64,000 nucleotides of DNA from Bacilli bacterium. Lineage in GTDB: Bacteria; Bacillota_I; Bacilli_A; RFN20; CAG-826. The stretch spans positions 17,685 to 81,684 of the forward strand of contig JAGBLL010000041.1 of assembly GCA_017635465.1 (NCBI GenBank), written 5' to 3'. The notes below the pieces were generated by a model. It saw nothing but the letters and a program-made list of their open reading frames with translations, was not told where the DNA came from and did not search any database. Position 1 is the first letter of the stretch. Each line of letters starts with the position of its first letter. Positions 56,965-64,000 of the stretch are shown piece after piece. The translations under genes and the position numbers were made by a program.

Positions 56965-57741
56965 TTATAACAAGAAATTTTCAATGCGGTTACAAATAAT
57001 ATAACCTTCGCGGTTGTGTACATCCACACGGTTGTACATAATACGTTCTTTATTTGGTTTAAGATAGATGCCACCAGCTTGCTCAACAATGACTTGTGAA
57101 GCAGCAGTATCCCATTCTTTTGTGCCATCGCTTAGACGATAAGATAATTCACCTAATCCTTGAGCGATACGGCATGGCTTTAAAGCAGAACCCCATTTTT
57201 CGATTCTACCAATTCTATCTTTATGTTTTTCGAACATTTTTTCTTCTTCTGGTTTGGAGTGGAAGACACTCTTATAAACGGTTAAATCATTCAATTTATC
57301 GTTGACGTGTATGCGTTTGGTCACTCCATCCTTGCGATAGAAGGCACCTAATCCTTTAGCGGCGAAATAGACTTCACCAGTTAATGGAACAACAACAACT
57401 CCAACGACCGCTTCATGTTTATAAGCAAGCGCAATGTTTGTGGTAAAGCCACCATCTCTAGCGACAAAGTCTTTTGTGCCATCGACTGGATCAACAATCC
57501 AAACAAAGTCATTTTCTAATCTCTTTGGATTGTCTTCACTTTCTTCAGTAAGGAAAGCATATTCAGGATACTTCTCGTGTAAATATTCTCTAATTACTTT
57601 ATCAGCGTTTTTATCAGCGAGTGTGACTGGTGAATTATCATCTTTAATTTCCACTGAGAAATCACTGTTATAAATCTTAAGAATACCATCAATAGCTTTG
57701 ACACCTGCTTCAATAGCAGCGTTTAGTTGTTCTTCCCACAT
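56965..57741 (-). CDS. Inositol-monophosphatase-family protein (CysQ / 3'(2'),5'-bisphosphate nucleotidase-like)
   Basis: FLTEES, WIVDPVDGT and WDTAA metal-binding motifs. I place the start at MWEEQL (ATG 57739-57741), one nt after the nrnA stop. Confidence 0.75.
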   Translation of the reverse strand: MWEEQLNAAIEAGVKAIDGILKIYNSDFSVEIKDDNSPVTLADKNADKVIREYLHEKYPEYAFLTEESEDNPKRLENDFVWIVDPVDGTKDFVARDGGFTTNIALAYKHEAVVGVVVVPLTGEVYFAAKGLGAFYRKDGVTKRIHVNDKLNDLTVYKSVFHSKPEEEKMFEKHKDRIGRIEKWGSALKPCRIAQGLGELSYRLSDGTKEWDTAASQVIVEQAGGIYLKPNKERIMYNRVDVHNREGYIICNRIENFLL

Positions 57742-57742
57742 A

Positions 57743-58693
57743 TTAGATTCCGCCTTTCCTAATTGTTTTAGCACATAGTTCAATTAGTTCTTCAAGGATT
57801 CCTTCCTTAAATTGTTTGACTGTAAAACCAGCAGCAAATGTGTGTCCACCTCCACCGAAATGGGTAGCGATTTTTTGGACATCAAACATACTGCTACGTA
57901 ATTCGCATTGCATACCACCGTTATCAGTTTCAGAAGCAACAAACCAAATTGGATGGTTAATTACATAACTGATTAAAGAGGTATTAGCGCATATTTGAGC
58001 GGATGTTACGCCTAATTCTTCTCTATCTTTTTTAGAGGCAAAGGCATAGACGATACCATCGTTTCTAATGGTTGTATGGTTGTAAACAAATCTCTTAATA
58101 CTGAGTGTCTTTTCAGGCACAGTGTTATTTGTTTTGTTAATTAAAATTGGATCGACGCCTAATTTACAAAGGTCACTGACGATATCAAACATTTGCACGA
58201 AATTGTTGGCAAATTGGAATCTACCAGTATCAGTCATCATGCCGAGATAAAGCGCACTTGCGGAAATAAAATCAATTTCGAATTTATTCTCTTTAGCGAA
58301 TTTATAAACTAATTCGCATGTTGAAGTAGCCTTATCATCAATTACTTCAGGGCCTTCTTTGAAAGTAAAGTTATCGATATGGTGGTCAATCTTTGCAAAG
58401 TCTAGGGCGCTGTGCGCTCTTTGATCTTCTAATCTTCCTAAGTCATTACTGTCTACAACAATCGCTAAAGACTTAGTAATGATTTCATCGGAAACAGAGT
58501 CCATTTCACCGAGAATATCAAAAAACTTTTTTAACCCACTACCAACAGCATAGACACTTTTTGTTGGGTACTTTGCTTTTAAAATATTTCTTAGAGCAAT
58601 TTGACTGCCATAACAATCACCATCTGGGTTGAGATGACCGAATATCACAATCGAATCATATTGCTCAATCTTGGAGATGATCGCTTCAAACAT
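57743..58693 (-). CDS. nrnA: DHH/DHHA1 phosphoesterase (NrnA-type oligoribonuclease / pAp phosphatase)
   Basis: GHLNPDGDCYGS, VVDSND, DHH and GGGGH motifs. 316 aa. Confidence 0.8.
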   Translation of the reverse strand: MFEAIISKIEQYDSIVIFGHLNPDGDCYGSQIALRNILKAKYPTKSVYAVGSGLKKFFDILGEMDSVSDEIITKSLAIVVDSNDLGRLEDQRAHSALDFAKIDHHIDNFTFKEGPEVIDDKATSTCELVYKFAKENKFEIDFISASALYLGMMTDTGRFQFANNFVQMFDIVSDLCKLGVDPILINKTNNTVPEKTLSIKRFVYNHTTIRNDGIVYAFASKKDREELGVTSAQICANTSLISYVINHPIWFVASETDNGGMQCELRSSMFDVQKIATHFGGGGHTFAAGFTVKQFKEGILEELIELCAKTIRKGGI

Positions 58694-59106
58694 TAGAATT
58701 CGTTATCCTCTTTTAGTTCTTCTTCGGACTCTTCATTTTCTTCATCAGAATCGAAGTCTTCTTCTTTTTCAGGTGTCTCTTCTTCGAATGGTTTATTGTA
58801 TTCTGCTTCTTCCTCTTCTTCTTCACTATCGTCATCAGAAGTTTCGACATCGGAATACACTTCGCTCATATCGATGTGGACCTTTTCAAATTTTTGACGT
58901 GTTCTGAGGTCCCATTCATTTTCGCCTAAGGTGACGAAACGACCATCAAGCATTAAGTTTGTGTAGAATCTTGAAACTTTAGCAGTTGCTTCTTCTTCAC
59001 TTAAACCTGCTTCTTTAATGCAGTAGGCCCAAATGTCCGCAAACTTGCTTGGTTGGGTTTGTTGGCTTACGTATTCGTAAGCGTACTCTAATAATGATTT
59101 TGGCAT
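58693..59106 (-). CDS. rpoE: RNA polymerase delta subunit
   Basis: N-terminal HARE-HTH-like domain (FYTNLMLDGRFVTLGENEWDLR) followed by a long D/E-rich tail. GGGAGG SD. Confidence 0.8.
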   Translation of the reverse strand: MPKSLLEYAYEYVSQQTQPSKFADIWAYCIKEAGLSEEEATAKVSRFYTNLMLDGRFVTLGENEWDLRTRQKFEKVHIDMSEVYSDVETSDDDSEEEEEEAEYNKPFEEETPEKEEDFDSDEENEESEEELKEDNEF

Positions 59107-59120
59107 AGAAAATGTCCTCC

Positions 59121-60740
59121 CTACATATGTATTGGAGCGCTGACACCGACAAGGGCAAGCGCATTCTTTAACACTATTTTACTTGCTTTAACTAAAGCAA
59201 GACGTGAACCACTGAGTTCTTTATTGTTTTGATCAATAACACGGCATTCATTATAGAAAGCGTGAACTAGTTCCGCTAAGGTGTGAACATAGTTAGTGAT
59301 CTTATATGGGGCTTTATCTTTAGCGGCATCATTAACAACATTTGCAAAATCCGCTAGATGTTTTAATAAAGCCATTTCTGATGGTTGATTTAATAATTTA
59401 GCACTTTCATCAAGAGGAATGTCCTTACCTTGTTCAAGAATGGAACATAATCTTGCATGAGCATATTGAGCATAATAAACAGGGTTATTTGAGCTTTGTT
59501 CTTTAGCTAAATCCATATCGAAATCTAAGTGAGATGATGGCGCACGCATCGCAAAAAAGTAACGCATTGCGTCAACGCCAACTTCTTCACAAACATCTCT
59601 TAATGTGATAGCGTCCCCTCTTCTTTTGCTAGCTTTATATTCTTGACCATCTTTCAAGAATCTCACCATTTGGATTAATTCAACATGAAGAATATCTTCC
59701 TTATAACCATGCATCATTAATGCAGATTTCATTCTGTTGATATAGCCGTGATGGTCAGCGCCTAAGACATCGATAAGAGCGTCGAAACCACGAGACAATT
59801 TATTAACGTGATAGCAAATATCAGGTAAGAAATATGTGTAGTCACCATTGCTCTTTTGAACGACACGGTCTTTATCATCGATAAAATCAGATGTCTTTAG
59901 ATATAAAGCATCATCTTGTTTGTAAGTATATTTGCTAAGGAAATCGAGTTCCTTTTCGATAGCGTTATCACTTCTAATAGCTTTCTCTGAAGAGAAAACA
60001 TCGAATTTCACTCTGAATAAATCTAAGTCTTTGATAATTCTATCGAGTTCAATCTTAACGCCTTTTTCTTTGAAGAAAGGAATAGCATCTTTCATCTTTA
60101 AAGCTTCATCGCCAATTTCATTTTTAATTGATTCAGCGATTTCATAAATATCATGACCAGCATAACCATCCGCTGGGATTTCTTCTTCGATACCGAATAA
60201 GCCTTTATATCTTGCTTGAATAGATAAGGCAAGGTTAGTAATTTGACTACCAGCGTCGTTAATATAGTATTCTTTGGTCACATCATAACCAGTAAAATCT
60301 AAAATACGAGAAATGCTATCACCAATCGCTGCGCCTCTAGCGGTACCAACATGTAATAAACCAGTTGGATTAGCACTGACAAATTCAACGTTAACTTTGA
60401 AGTTTTTCTTTGGTGAACGACCATAATTATCTTCTTCGCTAATGATCTTACTAACGAATGCTTGTAAGGAATCATGTTTCATGAAGAAGTTGATAAAACC
60501 TGGACCGGCAATTTCGACTTTATCGATACCGTCCATGTTAATTTGACCAATAATCATATTTGCAACATCACGTGGAGCTTTAGCAAATAATCTAGAAAAT
60601 TTCATGGCGGCATTAGTCGCATAATCACCATGAGCTTCATCTTTGCTCTTCTCAATAATGATGTCGTTTAAGCTAACTTCTTGACCAAGGGCTAAAACGG
60701 CAGCTTGTATTTTGAGTTTAAGATTTTCAATAATGTCCAT
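59121..60740 (-). CDS. argS: Arginyl-tRNA synthetase
   Basis: Start at ATG 60738-60740 (MDIIENLKLKI), one nt after the ispF stop. SANPTGLLHVGTARG (HIGH-class) and a C-terminal anticodon-binding domain. The 35 upstream codons of the tracked ORF are a spurious extension. Confidence 0.9.
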   Translation of the reverse strand: MDIIENLKLKIQAAVLALGQEVSLNDIIIEKSKDEAHGDYATNAAMKFSRLFAKAPRDVANMIIGQINMDGIDKVEIAGPGFINFFMKHDSLQAFVSKIISEEDNYGRSPKKNFKVNVEFVSANPTGLLHVGTARGAAIGDSISRILDFTGYDVTKEYYINDAGSQITNLALSIQARYKGLFGIEEEIPADGYAGHDIYEIAESIKNEIGDEALKMKDAIPFFKEKGVKIELDRIIKDLDLFRVKFDVFSSEKAIRSDNAIEKELDFLSKYTYKQDDALYLKTSDFIDDKDRVVQKSNGDYTYFLPDICYHVNKLSRGFDALIDVLGADHHGYINRMKSALMMHGYKEDILHVELIQMVRFLKDGQEYKASKRRGDAITLRDVCEEVGVDAMRYFFAMRAPSSHLDFDMDLAKEQSSNNPVYYAQYAHARLCSILEQGKDIPLDESAKLLNQPSEMALLKHLADFANVVNDAAKDKAPYKITNYVHTLAELVHAFYNECRVIDQNNKELSGSRLALVKASKIVLKNALALVGVSAPIHM

Positions 60741-60741
60741 T

Positions 60742-61218
60742 TTATTCCCCTTTCTTTTTAAGCATGACAATGGCGTCCGCTTTAACGGCGAGACCCGCAC
60801 CAATATCATCAATGCCTTCGTTTGTTCCTGCTTTAACGGAAACATTTTCTATTGAAGTATTTAATAATAACGCTAAGTTTTGACGCATTTCCATAATAAA
60901 TGGAGCAAGCTTTGGTTTTTCTAATGTTATTGAGATGTCGATGTTGTTTATTTCATAATCTTTTTCATTCATCATTTCGACAACTCTTTTAACAATGATT
61001 GATGAATCAATGTCTTTAAATTCAGGTGTTCCTGGGAAATGCTTTCCTAAATCACCTAACGCTAAAGCGCCTAAGATTGCTTCACTAGCGGCGTGATAAA
61101 CAACATCCCCATCACTATGCGCAAGCTCGCCCAATTCATATGGCACATGCACACCAGAGAGCATGAGCCGACGACCATTAACTAGTCTATGTATATCACT
61201 AGAAAAGCCCACTCTCAT
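60742..61218 (-). CDS. ispF: 2-C-methyl-D-erythritol 2,4-cyclodiphosphate synthase
   Basis: 158 aa. DIHRL...HSDGDVVYHA...LGDLGKHFP pattern. Confidence 0.9.
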   Translation of the reverse strand: MRVGFSSDIHRLVNGRRLMLSGVHVPYELGELAHSDGDVVYHAASEAILGALALGDLGKHFPGTPEFKDIDSSIIVKRVVEMMNEKDYEINNIDISITLEKPKLAPFIMEMRQNLALLLNTSIENVSVKAGTNEGIDDIGAGLAVKADAIVMLKKKGE

Positions 61219-61219
61219 A

Positions 61220-62332
61220 TTACTTTTTCACATTAAAACGGAAGAACATGATATCGCCATCTTTTGGATAATATCCTTTACCTTCTGTTCTAATCTTTCC
61301 CGCTTCTTTAACAGCGTGTTCACTTCCAAGTTCATGAATGGCTTCATATGGATATACTTCCGCACAAATGAAACCTTTTTGGAAATCAGTATGAATTACA
61401 CCAGCACATTCAGGCGCTGACATGTTGTTTTTAAAAGTCCAAGCACGGCATTCATCCGCACCGACTGTAAAGAATGTTGATAAGTTGAGCAACTTATATG
61501 TGGCTTTGATAACTTTTTCTAAGCCAGATTCTTTAACATTAAGTTCTGCTAAATATTCTTTTCTTTCTTCTTCGCTTAATTCGGATAAATCACTTTCGAT
61601 TTGAGCGGAAACTGGAATGACTTGATTGCCTTCCGCGAGAGCATATTTCAAAACGTCTTGATAATATTTGCAGTTGTCTAAATCCATTAAATCGTTCTCA
61701 CCAACGTTAGCGACATAGATAATTGGTTTATCTGTGAGAAGATGATAATTGACTTTGCAGTACGCTACTTGATCTTCGGTTAGTTTTGCTTTTCTAGCAG
61801 GTAAACCTTGTTCAAGTGTTTCTTTGAGTGGATTTAAAAGACCCATTTCGTAAATGGCTTCTTTATCTTTAGCAATCCTTGCTTTTAATTCACTCTTTTC
61901 AATACGTTTCATGACGGTATCCAAGTCCGCCATAACGAGTTCTAAATTAATAATTTCGATGTCTCTGATTGGATCAACCGATTCCTCAACGTGAACAATA
62001 TCAGCATTATCAAAGCAGCGAACCACTTCGACAATAGCGTCGCATTCACGAATGTTAGCCAAAAATTTATTTCCTAAGCCTTCACCATTTGATGCGCCTT
62101 TGACTAAACCAGCGATATCAGTAAATTCCACAGTAGCTGGAATCTTCCTTTCTGGCTTAAAAATATTTGTTAAGAAATCTAATCTTTCATCAGGAACGTT
62201 AACAACGCCAGTATTTGGGTTGATTGTGGCAAATGGATAGTTGGCAGCTTCAACGTGTGAGTTAGTAATTGCGTTAAATAACGTAGACTTTCCCACATTT
62301 GGTAAACCAACAATGCCTGCTTTTAATCCCAT
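61220..62332 (-). CDS. ychF: Ribosome-binding ATPase YchF
   Basis: 370 aa. GLPNVGKSTLFNA P-loop and a C-terminal TGS-like domain. Confidence 0.93.
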   Translation of the reverse strand: MGLKAGIVGLPNVGKSTLFNAITNSHVEAANYPFATINPNTGVVNVPDERLDFLTNIFKPERKIPATVEFTDIAGLVKGASNGEGLGNKFLANIRECDAIVEVVRCFDNADIVHVEESVDPIRDIEIINLELVMADLDTVMKRIEKSELKARIAKDKEAIYEMGLLNPLKETLEQGLPARKAKLTEDQVAYCKVNYHLLTDKPIIYVANVGENDLMDLDNCKYYQDVLKYALAEGNQVIPVSAQIESDLSELSEEERKEYLAELNVKESGLEKVIKATYKLLNLSTFFTVGADECRAWTFKNNMSAPECAGVIHTDFQKGFICAEVYPYEAIHELGSEHAVKEAGKIRTEGKGYYPKDGDIMFFRFNVKK

Positions 62333-62363
62333 AATAATGTTTTCCTCTTTTAGTGCGCTACCT

Positions 62364-62391
62364 ATTATAAGGGAAAAAAGAAAAATTACAA
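62364..62391 (-). promoter_or_regulatory. Candidate sigma-A promoter of the ychF-ispF-argS-rpoE-nrnA operon
   Basis: Minus strand TTGTAA-16 nt-TATAAT, ~30 nt upstream of the ychF ATG. Confidence 0.5.
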
Positions 62392-62409
62392 AACAAAATA
62401 TTATTTGTT

Positions 62410-64000
62410 TTATTGTTTAAGAGCGTCAATCGGATTAATTTTATTAATTCTTCTGCTCATTACAAAGCTAGAAATCATCGCCACTGATACCGCTAAAATA
62501 AACATTGGTACAAAAGCAATCGGATTAAAGGAAAAATGGAATCCAGCATTAAGTGCGGTACCTATTTCCATATTGGCCACGACAGTTATAAAAAGTAGTT
62601 CAACACTAGCTACTGCAAATGATAGAAGGCACTGAATAATTGAATGATAATATAGAAACTTTTTGCTTTCCTTTTTATTAACACCAATACACCTTGCTAA
62701 CGCTATTTCTTTTTTACCTTCAAGGATGTAGAGATAGTTACAAATTGTTAATAATAAGACAGAGATTAATGTGGCAATGAAAGAGAAAACAATGAGCACA
62801 ATTGTGATATAAAAGCAAACAGTATTAACACTCTCATTTACATCAGAAAGAGGGTTAACAACATTGTAATCTGGAAAAGCTTTTTTGAATAAAGAAATAC
62901 TATTATTAACATCCTTTGAATTTTTAAGAGAAAACGCTAATGTTGTGGTTTGTAATTCATAAGCACTGATACCGATTTTGCATTGGTAAAATAGCTTAGT
63001 CCAATTCTTGTGATGATAGATGATGTTTTTATAAGAATCCACTACACCGGTAATCTTTAAAGAGACAACTTCATAATCGCTAATCATTCCACCAGTATTG
63101 GTGATTAATTCCTTTTTTGGAGTGGTAATAAAGATAGTTTCATCAATATCGTTAACATGGCATTTTTCCATAAAACCACGTGAAACAACAATTTCATCTA
63201 ATCCAACTGGTTCAGTGCCTTTTTGCAGAGTTTTTTCATCAAATACTTCAAACTTAACGCCGTTTTGCAGACTTTTTGCGTAATTACCACTTAAAACGCC
63301 ATCTGGTAAGTCTTCCTCATAAAATCCGTCTTTATTTTTAGAAGTATGCTTATCAACAATCTCATATATTAGATCTTCATCTTTAGAAAAATACATCGTT
63401 TTGCTAAAGCCCATCATTAGTGTCTCTGGATAGATTAAATAACCAGAATCATTACCAATAACAGGTGTTAATAAATTGCTGTCGTTTGAAAGAATATAAG
63501 GAATATGCCAATTAGGTATATGGGCAATTGTGTTCATAAACACTAAGATACGATTTCTATCATCCATTTTCTTTTGATAATATAGCCATGGATAATATGT
63601 CTCGTTAGCGATTTCAAATAAGTAATTATCAAATTCTTTTTCTTCATTTAATAGGTTAAGCAAATCATATGTCTTTCCTTTGGCTTTTAAATAATAAATT
63701 TTCTTCATTACCCAAGGCTCTTTATCTTTCACACTTAACGCATCATTGCTTGGAAAACTCATCCTTTCTTCAAACATGTATTCATTCCAAGAATGATTGC
63801 TATGATAAATTTTTAAATCACTTTCTACAGTAAAGCCAACGATGCGTAAAAGCTGTTGATCGCTATACTGCCATTCATAATTATTGAAATTGAAATAGAC
63901 TTTTAATTCGTTGTCCATTAAATAGTTACTTAATGAATTAATGTTTCTTTCAATTTGTAATTCAAAGCAAATATCTCTTAATGTCGAATAATTTAAAGAA
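62410..64000 (-). CDS. ABC transporter permease with a C-terminal FtsX/MacB-type domain, 5'-partial (runs off the window)
   Basis: The frame stays open from the tracked ATG (63918) to the window edge (...SLNYSTLRDICFELQIERNINSLSNYLMDNEL...), so the true start probably lies beyond 64000. The C-terminus has three or four TM helices typical of FtsX-like permeases. Confidence 0.7.
   Translation of the reverse strand, partial: SLNYSTLRDICFELQIERNINSLSNYLMDNELKVYFNFNNYEWQYSDQQLLRIVGFTVESDLKIYHSNHSWNEYMFEERMSFPSNDALSVKDKEPWVMKKIYYLKAKGKTYDLLNLLNEEKEFDNYLFEIANETYYPWLYYQKKMDDRNRILVFMNTIAHIPNWHIPYILSNDSNLLTPVIGNDSGYLIYPETLMMGFSKTMYFSKDEDLIYEIVDKHTSKNKDGFYEEDLPDGVLSGNYAKSLQNGVKFEVFDEKTLQKGTEPVGLDEIVVSRGFMEKCHVNDIDETIFITTPKKELITNTGGMISDYEVVSLKITGVVDSYKNIIYHHKNWTKLFYQCKIGISAYELQTTTLAFSLKNSKDVNNSISLFKKAFPDYNVVNPLSDVNESVNTVCFYITIVLIVFSFIATLISVLLLTICNYLYILEGKKEIALARCIGVNKKESKKFLYYHSIIQCLLSFAVASVELLFITVVANMEIGTALNAGFHFSFNPIAFVPMFILAVSVAMISSFVMSRRINKINPIDALKQ

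Noticed and set aside
1-64000. Use of genetic code 4 (TGA = Trp), suggested by the Mollicute-like gene content and by the TGA at 55894-55896.
   Set aside because: rpoC (1308 aa), rpoB (1206 aa), tuf, glnS, argS and the others are uninterrupted under the standard code, and their Trp residues are TGG. TGA also terminates genes here (e.g. 42702-42704). At most this is an isolated event.
1-64000. CRISPR arrays, insertion sequences, integrases, prophage genes and rRNA genes.
   Set aside because: I saw no regularly spaced direct repeats, no transposase-, recombinase- or phage-like ORFs, and no rRNA-like conserved stretches on either strand.

Overview
This is a low-GC chromosomal window (hand-sampled lines run ~32-50% GC) from a Bacillota/Mycoplasmatota-like bacterium. 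It uses the standard genetic code: rpoB, rpoC and tuf are uninterrupted and Trp is TGG. Nearly all genes are on the minus strand. The conserved backbone has three blocks. (1) rpmG-secE-nusG, then an opposite-strand ktrBA pair, then rplK-rplA-rplJ-rplL, an RsmC-like methyltransferase, and rpoB-rpoC. (2) rpsL-rpsG-fusA-tuf. (3) ychF-ispF-argS-rpoE(delta)-nrnA and a CysQ-like gene. Also present are glnS, smpB-folC-folT, plsX-acpP, an ECF-type sigma/anti-sigma pair, cobB, a HAD hydrolase, a CarD-like regulator and one tRNA-Lys(CUU). Accessory content is dominated by cell-surface lipoproteins. Ten genes have lipoboxes, and most follow the lipobox with an S/T/P/Q-rich stalk. The most interesting unit is a ~17.5 kb, 13-gene minus-strand array (2990-20545). 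It encodes a lipoprotein Y_phosphatase3-type phosphatase, two paralogous polytopic membrane proteins and a 668-aa membrane-anchored surface protein. These are followed by a MalK/UgpC-like ABC ATPase with a ~270-aa insertion, two permeases and two solute-binding lipoproteins. The array ends with a staphylococcal-nuclease-like lipoprotein, a zinc-ribbon membrane protein and a ~990-aa lipoprotein with three OB-fold-like modules. I interpret it, by inference, as a surface capture/degradation/import system, possibly for nucleic acids. Three reading frames are disrupted. There is an in-frame TAA at an invariant Glu of fusA and an in-frame TGA in a membrane-protein gene at 55894-55896. A Big_2 lipoprotein gene has a 1-nt frame break with no homopolymer nearby. 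I found no CRISPR arrays, transposases, integrases or rRNA genes. Promoter, terminator and leader calls are by-eye motif matches and are less certain than the CDS calls.
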